Part shown: positions 1 through 13,220 of the stretch, in pieces
Layout: each line of letters begins with the position of its first letter
How positions within the stretch are numbered: position 1 is the stretch's first letter
DNA from: Chiloscyllium plagiosum
Lineage: Eukaryota
Reading direction: 5' to 3'
Assembly (NCBI RefSeq): GCF_004010195.1
Contig: NC_057718.1
Location: 41,437,803 to 41,501,802 of the forward strand
Length of the DNA stretch: 64,000 nt
Position numbers and translations under genes: made by a program
Notes under the pieces: generated by a model
Database searches by the model: none
The model's input: only the letters and a program-made list of their open reading frames with translations
What the model was told of the DNA's origin: nothing

Positions 1-1084
1 TAATCAGAGGAAGTTGAGTCATCTCCACAAACATGCTGTTACTGTTTTCGAACTACAATGCGTGGGGGCGGGAGGACAGTTGACACTTGGTTCTGTTCCC
101 AATCTGCCTCAGTGCGTAGATTTATTTTTTTGGTTTGATTATAATCTGCTTTTGAAATTCATCGGACAGGTCAGCTCCATTCATCAGTTGCAGTAAAAAT
201 CATGGTGTACTTTATTAGCGCTTGGATAAGGGCTATTTTTGTAACCTCTACCTGAAAGAGACACACCTTTTTACTGCTTCCCTCAAAAGCATTTTTTCTT
301 CTCATAAACATCCTATGATATTTGCATGCTTTTCTACAAAACAAAATCTTATTTGAATGTAACATTTGTTATGGATCAACATACCAGAGCATGGAGCACA
401 GAAGTGGTGTAAGATAGATGAAAAACAAAGTAAACAATTCATCTGATGGTTTTCATACAAAGAGGAAAACAAGTAAACTTTCCAGGTCAATATCACCCTA
501 GGCTTTATTCCAGAAGTTTTTTGAAATGTTTTCAATTCATAGCCAGTTCTCTCGGTCCATTGCCTCCAGACACACATTTGTGAAAGCAAATATACTATTG
601 TTGTAGGAAGGTATGTTAAAATAATGTAATGCATAATAATAGTATGGCTTATTATAAAACAAGTTAAGTTTATCATCCAGAGTGGCAGGTATATCTGAAT
701 GCTGTCATGAACCAATAATCTAAGTCACTGTAACCAATTGGCATCTGGCCTTTTCCATTCTTTCTTTAAGTAATAAATCATACAGATCATATCTAATCAT
801 TGGTAAAATTAAAGCATAATAAATGGATATTTATATTTATATCCATTTTATTTCTCTTATGAAAGCACAAAACAAACTTGCATTCAATCATTTTTATCAG
901 CAGGCCACTAAGTTCCAACAACTTGATGGTGACCAGGACAATGAAGAGAGCCCCAGGGGAAAATACGCAGGCAAACACAAGAGGGATATTGGTGAGGGTG
1001 CACTGAAATTATTTCTGTGTATGGAGCAGAAGTGGTGTGCAGAATTGGAGAGCCAGTTAGAGGTTTGCCACTGTGTAGGAACAA

Positions 1085-1975
1085 AAAACTAGGAGCAGGC
1101 ACAGGCAATTCAACCCTTCAGATCTGCTCCATCATTCAATACAATCATGGCTGATCTCATCTCACCCTCAGCTCCATTTTCCTGTCCAAGCTCCATAAAT
1201 CTTCAGTGCTTACTAATTAAAACTCTGCCTATCACCTCCTTAAATTAAGTCGTGCCATCCAACATACTCTGAGTTAGTGAACAGATTCCTAACCTTTTGA
1301 GAAAAGTCATTTCTCATTTCTCATCATCTCTACTTTAATCCTTATTCTGAAAATGTGAGCTCTTATTCTAGATTGTTCCAAGAGGAATTATCCTCTCTGC
1401 ATCTACTTTATCCATCTGGTTAGCATCTTACAAACCTCAATTAAGTTTCCTATCATTCTTCTAAATTCCAGAGTGGATCAGCCAAAACTGCTCAATCTTT
1501 CTCCACAAGATAAGTCCCTCACCTTGGAATCAGTCGAGTGAACCTCCTGTGAACTGTCTCCAATACAATTACATCCATCCTCAAGGAAGGAGACAAAAAC
1601 ATTACACAACATATCATGGAAAGTTTCACTAATGCCTTGTACAGCTGCAGCAATACTTCCGTTCTTTTATATTTTGATCCTTTAGCAATAATAGCCAAAG
1701 TTCCACCTGCCTTTATGGCATTAGATTAAATCACCACCAGTCATCTCTAATGAGAGAGCAGCCCTGTTGCCTAGTAAGACTATGATGACTTTACCTTATC
1801 TTTACTTGCTGTACCTGCATATTAATTTACTGTTATACATAAGGACATCCAGATCCCTTTGCACCAAAACAGTCTGCAGTTTCTTTCCATTTAGATAATA
1901 TGTTATCTTTCTAATTTTACAACCAAATGAAGAACCTTACACCTGCCTTTATTAAATTCCATCTGCCAATGCAAA
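1085..1975 (-). mobile_element. Old CR1 LINE 3' fragment (RT C-terminus plus 3' UTR)
   Basis: Starts with a reverse CR1 3' UTR (aggagcaggcacaggcaattcaaccc...catggctgatct) and ends at aaattccatctgcc (reverse of the WQMEF motif). Many stops. Confidence 0.75.
1728..1797 (+). mobile_element. 3' part of a tRNA-derived SINE (same family as 2044-2160 and 31415-31680)
   Basis: aaatcaccaccagtcatctctaatgagagagcagccc...gactatgatgactttacc recurs in reverse at 2044 and forward near 31620-31680. Confidence 0.6.
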
Positions 1976-2043
1976 TTTGGTTATAGTGTGTTCTGTACTT
2001 GCATCCAATTCATTAATCTAGATTATAAATAGTAGGGACTTGA

Positions 2044-2160
2044 GGTAAAGTCACCATAGCTCTATTAGACCATATAGCTACTCTCTTTCAAAAGAGACAA
2101 TTGGTGGTAATTTAACCTGATGATCTCCACACCTCAGGCAAAGGGAGAGATTGAGAAGGA
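2044..2160 (-). mobile_element. SINE fragment, inverted relative to 1728-1797
   Basis: ggtaaagtcaccatag...ttggtggtaatttaacc aligns to the reverse complement of 1728-1797. Confidence 0.6.
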
Positions 2161-3740
2161 ATGAGATGTGGCTTGTTGAGGAACTTGCTGGTGCACTTGC
2201 TGCCCTTGAGCTTTCTAGTGGTAGATGTGGTAGGTTTGGAGGGTGTTGCTGAAGGAGCCTTGGTCCTAGAGAGTTATAGAGATCTACAGTGCAGAAAAAG
2301 ACCTTCAGGCCCATCACGTCCACACTGGTCAAAAACAACTATCTAACTAATCCAATCCCATATTCCAGCACTTGGTCCATAGCCTTGTATACCTCGGCAT
2401 CACAAGTGCACATCTCAATACTTCCTAACTGTTGTGAAGGTTTCTATCTCTAGCACCCTAACATCAGTGAGTTTCAAGTTCCCACCATCTGCTGGGTAAA
2501 AATGATTTTCCCCACATCTCCCCTCAAGCTTCTGCCCCTTACCCTAAATCTTTGTCTCCTTGCCATTGGTCCCTCTATCAAGAGGAAAATTTCTTCCTGT
2601 CTACCTTTTCTATGCCTCTCATAACTTTACCCATCTCAATCATGTCTCCTCTCAATCAACTCTGCTCTAAGGAAAACAACTCCAGTCTGCCCAATCTCTC
2701 TTCACAACTGAAACTCTCCAATCCAGGCAACAATCTGGCAAATCTCCTCTGCACTTTCTCCAGTACTATCACAGCCCTCCTATATGTAGATTCTATGAAA
2801 GCACACAGTACTCTATCTGTGGCTGAACCAATGTTTGTACAGTTCCATCATAACTTCACTGCTTTTAAACTCTATGTGTTGGCTAATAAAGGCAAGGATA
2901 AAACCTGTCCTGATAACTTAAGGGACTGGTGTACATAGACACCAAGGTCCCTTTGATCCTCAATGCTTCCCAAGATATTCGTCATCTATTCCTTGTTTTC
3001 CTTCCCAAGGGCAACACCTCACATTTATCCAGATTGAATTCCATTTGCCACTGATCAGCCCATCTGCCCAGCTCATGTATATCCTCTTGTGGTCTGAAGC
3101 TATCATCCTTCCAATTTACTGCCCCAATAATGTTTGCTTAATCTGCAAACTTACTGATCAACCTTCCTACATTCAAGTCTAAATCATTTCTATAAACCAA
3201 TACATATCGTGTATGCAGTGCATCCTACAGTTGGTGCACTGTTGTCACTCTGCATTGGGGATGAAAGGATTGAATATTTGATGTTGTGGATGTAGTGCCA
3301 GTCATAAAGGTTGCATTGTCCTCACTAGTGCTGAGCCTCTTGAGTGCAAACAGAACTCAAGTGATCCAGGTGAGTAGAGAGCATTCCATCACCATCCTGT
3401 ATTGCGGCTTGTAGTTAGCGGATAGATTTTGGTGAGTCAGGAGATGATTTACTCATATCAGAATTCCTGCCCTTGACCTGTTTTTGGAGTTGTGGCATTT
3501 ATATGGCTGGTCCAAATCAGGTTCTGATCAATTTTAACCCTAGGATATTGATAGTAGGGGATTCAGCGGTGGGAATGTAATTGAATGTCAAGGGGAGATG
3601 GTTAGATTCTCTTTTGTTGAGATGGTCTTTGGTTAGCAGTTGTGTGGTGAAAATGTTATTTGTCTCTTATCAAGCAAAGCATAATGTTGTCAACATCTTA
3701 CTGCATATGAAAACAAACTGTTCCAGTATCTGAGGAACAT
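2161..3740 (-). mobile_element. Second LINE family (CR1-group, YKAQVRSVMEYSPLAW type), split by a CR1 insertion at 2267-3198
   Basis: Minus strand near 3365-3470 gives a degenerate LLT.Q.LS..YK.Q.R.VMECSLLTW. 2161-2265 continues the same element on the other side of the CR1. Confidence 0.6.
2267..3198 (-). mobile_element. CR1 LINE 3' fragment
   Basis: Reverse tail (tagagatctacagtgcagaaaaagaccttcaggccc) and an RT NDLDLNVG.LISKFAD-like motif at the 3140-3198 end. Confidence 0.85.
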
Positions 3741-3829
3741 AGCATTTGTCAGGGGTCAGATTAGTTACTTTGACCAATGACTTTGCAATTCATAATTTCA
3801 TCTAAACTGATTCTACACTACTTGAATCT

Positions 3830-4140
3830 CTAAACTAAGATAATTTAAAACTACTCTATTGATCCCACCCTGTAATAACAGAACTTACCCTATCTCCTTT
3901 TCCTTTCTTCCTGTCCTTCCAAAATGTTAAATACTCTTGAATATTGAAGGGCTAGCCATGGTAACTCTGCATTTGTATCTCTGTAATGGTTACCACATCA
4001 TAGTTATTTATTTTTATTTGTGCCACTTACTTACCTATCTTGTTATGAGTGCATTCACATACAGAACTATTAATTCTGTCTGTTTCCTATTTTCTCTCAC
4101 TCTGACATTACTTACTAGCGCACCTTTAGTACTTGTACGG
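3830..4140 (-). mobile_element. CR1 ORF2 endonuclease (APE) N-terminal remnant
   Basis: Minus strand reads a degenerate YDVV.ITE ... NIQEY..FWKDRKKGKG, typical of the CR1 endonuclease. Confidence 0.55.
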
Positions 4141-4899
4141 TCTCCATGTCAGCAAGTATTGTCCGTTGGGAAAAGGGAGGATGGTGTGGATTGAGGATTG
4201 GTAGAGCAGCAAGGCATCATGACACCTCCCAGGAAACCTGATATGGTCCTGCATAATCTGTAGCCTGTGGGAACATATTCTGGCAGTGGTAGCAGTTTCT
4301 CTTCACAAATCGACTAGGGTCTACATATGGAAAACACAGGACAATTACGTGAGGCCAACAAGTGTTCAGCAGTTATGGGAAGCTTGTAATGGTGGTGAAG
4401 CCAAAGCCCTTTCGTTTTGTTCGGCTGTGGTACCCATTAGAAAAATTACAAATTGATTGCTATATACAAAGTGAGCATCTGTGCCTCACCAGACGCAAGG
4501 GTTCACAGCAAATTGACTCGAGCTGGGCTGCTATGCTTCCTGCACAGTTTAGACAACAGATTAACAATCTCTCTGGTGAACTGGAGCTGCAAGCTAATCT
4601 GCTGGTAAGGAAGTCTTAAAGGTCTGAGAATATCTTAGGAATAGTGACCATAATAGGACTGAGAGAGTGAAGGAAGATGAAAACTGGAATTTAAATTTAT
4701 TTTAGACAAACTTTGAAGCTATGAACCGTATAGAATCGTAGAATCATAGATTACCTACAATGTGGAAGCAGGCCAGTTGGTCCATCAAGTTCAACCTGAA
4801 GTAACCTGGGCTGAGCTATGAAAAGATAAAATGATAAACAGGCAGGGGGAACATTTGGCACAGTATAAAACCAATATACACCTTTTCAAAATCGAAGGC

Positions 4900-5700
4900 T
4901 CACCTTTTGTAGTTAAGAAACCATGATTAACAAGTGTGATTAGGAACATCAAGCTTAAAGAAAATATTTACATGAATACTAGAAAAAGGAGAAAACCAGA
5001 GCACTGTAGAATGTAGAAGGAGATGGCAAAAGAATGCCAGCAAGCAATAGAATAGTTGGTTACAAATACTTTGCACAATTATATAAAGAGAAATAGTGAT
5101 GAAAAAGAATATTAGCTCATTCAAGACATGAAACCTATTATTAGTCTTAATAAATAGCAACCATAATATGCTCATTGAGTACTTTGAATCCATTTCATAA
5201 CTGAGAAAGAAGATGAATTCCAGCAATACAAGGGAATCTAAAAATAACTCAATGTGAGGAACTTTAGTGAATTTATTGTAAATGAGAGTAGATATTGGAG
5301 TAAATAATGTGACCTAAGATAAATTAATCACCGGGACTTTTTATTACCTCAAGGTATTAAAATAAAAAGGGGAGGAATAATTATAGATATATTGTCATAA
5401 TTTTCCAGAGATCTTTAGAATTATGAATTTTATTGGATTGAAAATGCCCAAAATGCCTCCATGATGTAAAAAAGAAATGATGGATAATCCAAGGAATTAT
5501 AGACCTGCCAATTCAATGTCAGTTTTCAGAAGGTTACAGGATTCCACACTCAGACTTACTAAGCATTTGAATAAGTATTAGCTGATTAGAAAGTGAGTAT
5601 GGATTAATGAGTCCTGCTGACATTTTTAACCTCACAATGCATGATAGAGGAGAGTCAATGCATGTTTCTCTGAATTTTTAGATGGTGCAAAGGATAATTA
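4900..5700 (+). mobile_element. Very old CR1 ORF2 fragment, resuming at about 6465-6650 after a PLE insertion
   Basis: Remnants of KP. (aaaccatga), DNPRNYRPA (gataatccaaggaattatagacctgcc) and YINDLNE (tatataaattaatgacttaaatgaa). Confidence 0.55.
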
Positions 5701-5702
5701 TT

Positions 5703-6462
5703 GAGTTTTGAGAAGATTTGCAGCTCAGTTTGAGGTTCTGGATGTAGGTTTGCTCATGAAGCTGGAAGGTTCGTTTTCAGACGTTTCGTCACCAATCTAA
5801 GTAAATCATCAGTGACACTCTGAATGAAGCACTGGTGCAGCTCGCTTTCTATTTATATGTTTGAGTTTTCTAGGGTTGGTGATGTAATTTCCTGTGGTGA
5901 CATCATTTCCTATGGTGATGCCATTTCCTGTTCTTTTTCTCTGGGGGTGGTAAATGGGATCCAAGTCAAAATGTTTATTGATAGATTTCCAGTTGGAATG
6001 CCATGCTTCTAGGAATTCTTGTGCGTGTCTCTGTTTAGTTTGTCCTAGGATAAATGTGTTGTCCCAGTCGAAGTGGTGTCCTTCCTCAAGTTCATTAGCT
6101 GTTGTTTTAGTGTGTTAGTGGGTTTGTGAATTACAATGATGCCAAGGAGTCTGAGTAGACAGGCAGCCATTTCTAAGTTGTCTTTGATGTAGTGGAGAGT
6201 GGCTAGGATTTCTGGATATACTTTGTCTGCTTGTTTGGGTTTGTTGCTCAGAAATCAGCAGACTGTGTTCAAGAAATGACATCACTATAAGAAATGATGT
6301 CACCACAGGAAATGGTATCACCAACCCTAGGAAACTTAAACATATAAATAGGAAGCAGGCAGACCACCAGTGCTTCATCTGGAGGCTCACTGAAGATGTT
6401 ACTTAGTCTGGTGACAAAATGTCTGAAAGTGAACCTTCCAGCTCAGCAAGCAAACCTACACC
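5703..6462 (-). mobile_element. Penelope-like element remnant with about 185 bp inverted terminal arms and hammerhead motifs
   Basis: Minus 5940-6090 encodes EEGHHFDWDNTFILGQTKQRHAQEFLEAWHSN (PLE GIY-YIG C-terminus). Minus 6095-6230 gives LHYIKD...HKPTNTLK. 5741-5927 is the inverted copy of 6273-6462. Confidence 0.8.
5777..5815 (-). ncRNA. Minimal hammerhead ribozyme motif (PLE-associated)
   Basis: Minus strand reads UCA-CUGAUGA-(degenerate stem II ...GGUGAC)-GAAAC-GUC^UGA. UCA/UGA forms stem I. Confidence 0.55.
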
Positions 6463-6659
6463 ATAACTATCAAGCTTGAAAATGCATGGAATTGGGGTCA
6501 CCAAGTACGAGAGAAAATGTGGTGATAAAATAAACAGTCATTGATTGGGTTCTGACAGGTAGCTTCTTACAGGTAAGAGTACTGAAGCCTTAGTCTTTCA
6601 CTATATAAATTAATGACTTAAATGAAGGAATAGAGAATTTTATGTAGTTTGCAGTAATA

Positions 6660-7110
6660 TGCAACAACTGCTCTACCCAAGAGTGCAAGAAATTTCAGAG
6701 TTTTGAACACAGCCTTGTCCATCACGAAAGCCAGCCTTCCTTCCATTGACTCTGTCTACATTTCCCATTGCCTCAGAAAAGCAGCCAATGTAACCAAAGA
6801 TCCCTCCCACCCTGGTTATATTATTTCCACCCTCTTCTGTCAGGCAGAAGGTACAAAAGTTGAAAAACAGATACCAACAGATTTAAGAACAGCTTTTTCT
6901 CTGCTGGGATCAGTCTTATGAATAGACCTCTCATGTATTAGAGTTGATCATTCTTTGCACCTTCTCTGTAGCTGAAATACTGTATCTTGCATGCTGTTCT
7001 AATACTCTGATGTACTTATGTAAGGTATGATTTGTCTGTTTAGCTCTCAAAACAATACGTTTCACTGTATCTCAGTACATAATGAGAATAATAAATCAAA
7101 TCAAATTATG
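6660..7110 (+). mobile_element. Rex1/Babar-clade LINE 3' fragment
   Basis: ORF 6703-6921 has LPSIDSVY...CLRKAANVTKDPSHPGY. Tail is aataataaatcaaatcaaat. Confidence 0.8.
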
Positions 7111-9039
7111 AATTTAAGAGTGATTGCAAATTAGGTTCATCATCAGTCTCAGCCTTTCACCTAGTTTTACTATCGGCTGACAATGAGGGAATTCCCCTGT
7201 GTTTTAACCTGGCTTTAGCAAGAACCTAAGCCACATTTAAAGTCAGTAAAGATCAATTGGTGTTGGTTAGGAATGGAGCTTCTGCACTCAATATGCAGCT
7301 CAGCTTAATTATAAATGCTGCATACTACCATTTCACTGGGCAAGGAGAGTTAAAATCAAAATCACTGTGGTCTATATCATTGCTTAAACAACAGGAAATT
7401 TTATAATTGATATCACTATCAATTAATATGATTACACTGTCAATGGGTTACACAAGGTTTTTGCCTAAGCTGTCACCACATCTTATATTGGCAGATGAGA
7501 GGTGTACTATTCTGCTTTGGGAGCCATGTTTCTAGCTACTTCTGTGGAAATTCCAGAGTTGAGTGCAGCATGCAAGTTAAGTGCTTGGCTGTCCTGAATA
7601 TTTGTTGAACAAGAAGGCAAAGTCCTTCTGGACTCCTGCCGCTCCAAATGGGAGTCTCTGCAGTCCTGTCTCATTACATTTCCATCAGGACATTGACTAT
7701 TACGCTGGCACCAAGAATATACATGTCTTTTCAACAAGGCAAAACTTCCGCTAATTGCAACTAAATGAATTAATCATTAATTTAGGAAACTGACTTTTAC
7801 TTCCATACTTCTATGTGGGTTTATGGAATAGTATAATTTCTTTTGTGCTATCCCAGACAAGCTTGAAGATTTATAGTAACGAATACAGAGCATAACAAAG
7901 GTTAAAATGCCCTGCCTTAAGGAAATGCATTAATTAGCTATTATGTTATAAATTATATGTATTACATACTAATGAAAACTTCTAGAAACAGTTATTAGGG
8001 TGCTGGCATTTGGTGAAAGCTCATACAAGTAACTCCATAAACAGTGACCTGTGTCATTTAATTCTGGTAAAGTTTCAATTCACTTAGTTCCAGCTAACTT
8101 ATTGCATTCTTTCTTTTCCCTTTTAATCAAAGAGGTTAACAACTGTAGCAATATTACATTTATATAGTGTTGTTAACTTAGTAAACTTTTCATAAAGGTG
8201 AAATTAACATCAAACAGCTCAGAAGATTTAGGAGAGATGACTGAAAATGTTAGGCTTTCAGAAAGGAGATTAGAAATGATATAATTCCCAGGGGTGGGGT
8301 GGTGTGAGTAAAACCAGACAGAGTGGGAGGATTAAAAAGCACAGATTCAGGACACAGAGCTGGAATGCTTGTAGAAAAAGGAAAGGATGATGACATTGGA
8401 GACTTTTTAAAAGTTAAGATGAGGATTTTAATTTCAACAGCCCAGGTCTTCTAGTCTTGAGATGGTCAGTCCCAATGCACTGACTGCAACAGAGTTGCTT
8501 GGGAAATTTAAACATTCAATAGGCAACAACACTCCATCTAGAACCTTCCAATAAAGTCCACAACTCACTTCTAAGCTAGAGTTGTAGGTTTTGTAGGATT
8601 TCACCTCATTCACCTAGATAGATATCCAGAAAATGTTAGAAGGATTAAAAGTAATTCTAAGTCTCTGGATAGCTATACTATTAAACTTTTCCCATCCCAC
8701 AATGGACAACCATCCCACTATACCCAATTTGATCACCTGCCCTAATGCTTGGACCCACCCTCACCATCTGAGCTGACTGCCCACATATCACTCTAATTGC
8801 TCATCTACCAATCACCATACACCCTCACCCTCCCATCTTCCATCTTACTCCTCACTCACTTATCTTCACTCTATATTCTCTCAAGGAGGCTTTGGATTTT
8901 AATTGTGCTCGCTTACCAGAATACAGAAGTCTAGTTTTTTTTATAAAATCAGTTGACTATATAGAATTCCTGTGATCCTATCTGAGAAGATTCCTAATTT
9001 TGGAAACTTCTGATGAGATCCTCATTTGGAAGATATGTT

Positions 9040-9420
9040 CAAAAATTGCAGGTCAGTAATATGCAATGTCCCCTCTGATCTGGATGTGAAATAGGGATTC
9101 CATCCCTAAGCAGAATATTTGGGTCAACGTGTTGTAAGATAGAGAGCCAATAGAGAGTCCCCAGAAGAAAGAAAATAGTCAAATTTGCTGTAGGACAGGA
9201 TGCACAGAACCAGTTTTCAAAAGTTGGAATACAGTTGTGGAGGTCAGTGAGAAGAACTTTGGAAAAGTTTAATCCAGAGATAATAAAAGCCTGTATAATG
9301 TTTTCAGCAGCAGTGAGTGTGAGGTAAGGGCTGGAAGAGGTAAAACTATAGAGGTAATGGAAGCAGTTGTGATGTATAAAATATATGATCATCCAGAACT
9401 TCCCACGGAAACAGGATCAA
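9040..9420 (-). mobile_element. L2 LINE remnant (ORF2 C-terminus); 3' end probably at about 8150-8450
   Basis: ORF 9039-9392 has AAENIIQAFIISGLNFSKVLL and LGTLYWLSI, a degenerate L2 AETLIHAFITSRLDYCNSLL...LHWLP. Confidence 0.65.
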
Positions 9421-11988
9421 ATATCAAAATCTCTCATGATTGCTTCCAAGAAATTAGTGCTAGAAATTTTAACAATGATCTAAGGAAGTAAATTCAGTTT
9501 TGAAAAAGTATGAAATGACCCTGTTTTACAAAATTCTCAATCGTCTATTCTATTAACGTTAGTAAGATGGATCTTGGTTTTTATTCCCATCTCCTTGCAA
9601 AGACTAGAAGGCATCCATTTATGAGGTATTGGATGGAATTCTAAGCCCCAATTTGGGAGGGAGGAAACACATGTCCTGGCATGTTTGTAAAGACAAACAC
9701 AGTAATCAGTACGCAGTACCAAAGTCCAAGTCAGATATTTGGTCCTTTGCATTTGCAATAAAGCCTGTACTCTCATGAACATATGCAAATTAGCAGGAGA
9801 CTTCCTTGCAACTCCCCAGTATGAGTCACTATCACCCTTCCAGTCACTAATCACCTCCTTTTCTATAGCTGCTCATTCTCCAGCGACTGATCACCCACCC
9901 ACACCTGCTCCCCATCTCCAAACTTCTGCTTGCAACTTAGATATTAATTATCCACCATGAGCCAGTACTTATCAGACCCCTAGATAATGCACTGTCCTTG
10001 ACCACTGATCATCCATACTCAGCCACTATAACTTGATTCCACAGCCATCACTTCCCTACCCCTGTCTCCCACCTCATCCCAGCCCTTACAACCCTCCACC
10101 AGACAGGAATTACCTGGACCAACTTTCCACCAGTACCTTCGAACTGCATTCTCCACCACTGCTAATTTGATGCATCACATATACAATACACTCTCCACTC
10201 TTGCAAATTGTTCACTGAGCAGTGGGCCCTCTTTTTCCAGCCAATAGTGCACTTTTCTGATCAGGTCACACAATGATACCTCTTCATTTACTTGTGGATG
10301 GCTGTTAACATCACAATCCCCCATCTGTGCTTCGCTTATGAGGTGCATCAACAAAATACATTCATGCTATGCACAATTGTAGCTTGCCATAATCATGTGA
10401 GCTATAATGTATGTACTCTCCATTTAAGCAGAATCCATTAAAACACATGAAACATGGTGTCAGGAGACTCCAACTAAAATGATACTGCTTTTCAGAGCTT
10501 TAGGAGTTAACTATTATAAAACACCAGCAAGGAAGAATTAGAACAACTGAGTGAGTCTGAACGGCTGTGATTTTTGCAGTCCTTACTGCTGTGGAAATGA
10601 AAGACAACATGAGATAGAATTGGATGCTTTTTTCAATCTCAGAAGCAAATCTATGAGGCAGCGACAGAACTGAATGAGGAGCCTGAACAAATAAGAGTAG
10701 CAATTCTCTTATCAGTTACTAGCCCTGGGAAAATCTTGAAAGACTTGAAGAGCGCAGATATCAATATGTAGAGGATACAAAAGAAAAGAAAGCATGTCCA
10801 GTATGATGAAAGCACATCTCTACGTGCGAGTAGCAGAATCACTTTGCACGCATATGCTTGGCTAGAAAGAAGCAAAGCAACCTTGTAAAGATGGATGCTG
10901 GAGAGATGTCAGCCAACTATTCTGACGAATCACTCTACACTATACAATATGTTGACATTGTGAGGTCTAATGGTGGTAAATGGTGCATGACAATTAAATG
11001 TTGACTGCTGAAGGAGGGTGTCAAGTGAACGCGAAGTGCTAGATAGAAACCAATGCTTCATGCAATATCTTGAGCCCTGCAGATCTATGCAAATCAGCTG
11101 AAGATGGAAAGCCTAAAATGTAGCTCCTGAATGGTGGAATGATACTCACCCCATGGGGACAACTAAACCTGAAGACAGAATTTATGGTTAGAATGTTGCT
11201 ATTGTAGACATTAAGCAAAATCCAATAATCTTAGCCGCAGCAAGTCCAAAAATACAATGGATAGCTATGATTACAGCTCCAGTTATGGGCACATCAAATT
11301 TCAAATAATATGCTTTGTGTTTTAAAAGCTGGTAAAAGGACTTACAAGTCAAAGGTGGCTAGGAATGTAAATTCTGAGAATATAATTCAGAGATTGTTTA
11401 GAAAATTCCTGTCTGGATTATATTCATTCCTGAGAGAAACCATGGAATCTTGTACCAGGCAGGTGTCAATAAACTTCAGATAGAGACATTTCAAAGGAAG
11501 ACATTCGACGCAAAAAATGAATTGTAATCTCTAGTGGTTGCAGAGATATTGGAAGCCAATGACTATTTCAGCAGGAACCTTCTCCAATGAATTATGTCCC
11601 AGTATATGGACATGATGTGAGGTAAAAGAAAGTAGTTCTTGATAGAAGACATAATTTGTTTTCTCTTTTCAGTAATACCCAAGAGAAGGGGTTAAAAAAA
11701 ACAACCAATTGGGTCTTGGTGTGCGAATCTGGTGTACTAGTTGCATTGGGCTGGAATTCCCTGCAGAGGTCACAGCTGAAGAACTTTGTCTCCGCATCCT
11801 GCACTAGTATTTAAAATAACTCTCCATTTCTCTTGCTGATTGCTGGAAGCAAGTCACAAGTCAGCAAAGTCACCATTGAAAAGGAAATAGGATAACTCCA
11901 TCCAGCTAACTGGCAGAACAATCTCCAGACCAACTGCACAACTGCTGAGGTCAGTGTATTCGAATCACCCAGCTTAACAACTAAAGTG

Positions 11989-12176
11989 CGGCCCCCCTAT
12001 CCCCATTCACCTATTGTACTCTTTGGTACCTTCTCCCCAGCCCCACCCACCCCTTGTCTCTCCACCCTGGAGGCTCCCTGTCTCCATTCCTGCTGAAGGG
12101 TTTTTGCCCGAAACGTTAATTTTCCTGCTCGTCAGATGCTGCCTGACCTGCTGTGCTTTTCCAGCACCACTCTAAC
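11989..12176 (+). mobile_element. Short PLE 3' insertion with 16 bp TSD
   Basis: Flanked by cttaacaactaaagtg (11973-11988) and cttaacaactacagtg (12177-12192). Contains a mutated hammerhead core ctgctgaagggtttttgcccgaaacgtta. Confidence 0.8.
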
Positions 12177-12639
12177 CTTAACAACTACAGTGTTTCACTA
12201 TCTACTCCTCACAGAAATGCTAAAAATTAATCTCGCTGCCTTCTTTAAAATGGCCACATGTTTCCCAACTTCTCAATACTAATCTGTGCCTTTGCTTTTG
12301 CATTTTATTATTTTCCCTGATAGTTATTATTTTAATAACTATCAGAATTGTATTCATCCTTAACCTGAGAAAGCCCAGTTAAATTTGTTGCTTGCAAAAT
12401 ATAAATGGACTGGTATGAGGAAAGGTATCCAGAAGGGAAGGGATCTCTCCAATTAAGTTAACCTTGCTTTAACCAACTGAGAGAAGGTGAAGTTTAATAA
12501 AGAAGTGAGCCAATTTGTCTCTTCACCTGAGAGTATAACAATTTGGGGATTATCTGTCCAGAATCATCATAGATTAGGAACTGTCACTGAGTGATGAGTA
12601 ATAACCATTGGTTATGCTGCATTTGCCAGAAGATATTTG

Positions 12640-13220
12640 CAGCACAGTATAAAGTTTAAAAGCAGGGAGGTTATACTGGAATTATAAATGTTAGTTAGGC
12701 CACATGTGTGCATTTCTGGAATCCTCATTATAGGCGGGATGTGATAACACTAGAAAAGTTACAGAATAGATTTACCAGGATGTTGTCTAGGCTGGAGAGT
12801 TTCAGTTATGAAGAGAGATTGAACAGACTGTGGTTGGTTTCCTCAGAGCAGAGAAGATTGAGAGGGGACATTATTGAGATACATAAAATTAAGAGGCACA
12901 TAGACAGGGTAGACAAGAAGAGACTTTTCCTCTCGATAGTCAATGACTAGGGGACTTAGATTTAAGTTAAGGGGCAGAATGTTTAGAGAGGATGTCAGGA
13001 AAAACATTTTCACCCAGAGGGTGGTGGGAATTTAGAACTCACTGCCTTAGGGTACTAGAGGCACAAACCCCATAATATTTAAGAAGTTCTTACTTGTACA
13101 TTTCTGATGACACGGTGTTCAAGGCTATGGGCCAAATGTTGGAAAATTGGATTAGAGTGGACATGATGGGCTGAAGGACCTTTTTCTGTTCTGTAAATCT
13201 CTATCGCTTTCTGACTCTAT
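12640..13220 (+). mobile_element. CR1 LINE 3' fragment
   Basis: ORF 12708-12950 has FWNPHYRRDVITLEKLQNRFTRML...YEERLNRL, followed by a CR1 tail. Confidence 0.85.

Noticed and set aside
302..1108. Short ORFs of 60-137 aa
   Set aside because: AT-rich low-information translations with no motifs or splice support, as expected by chance.
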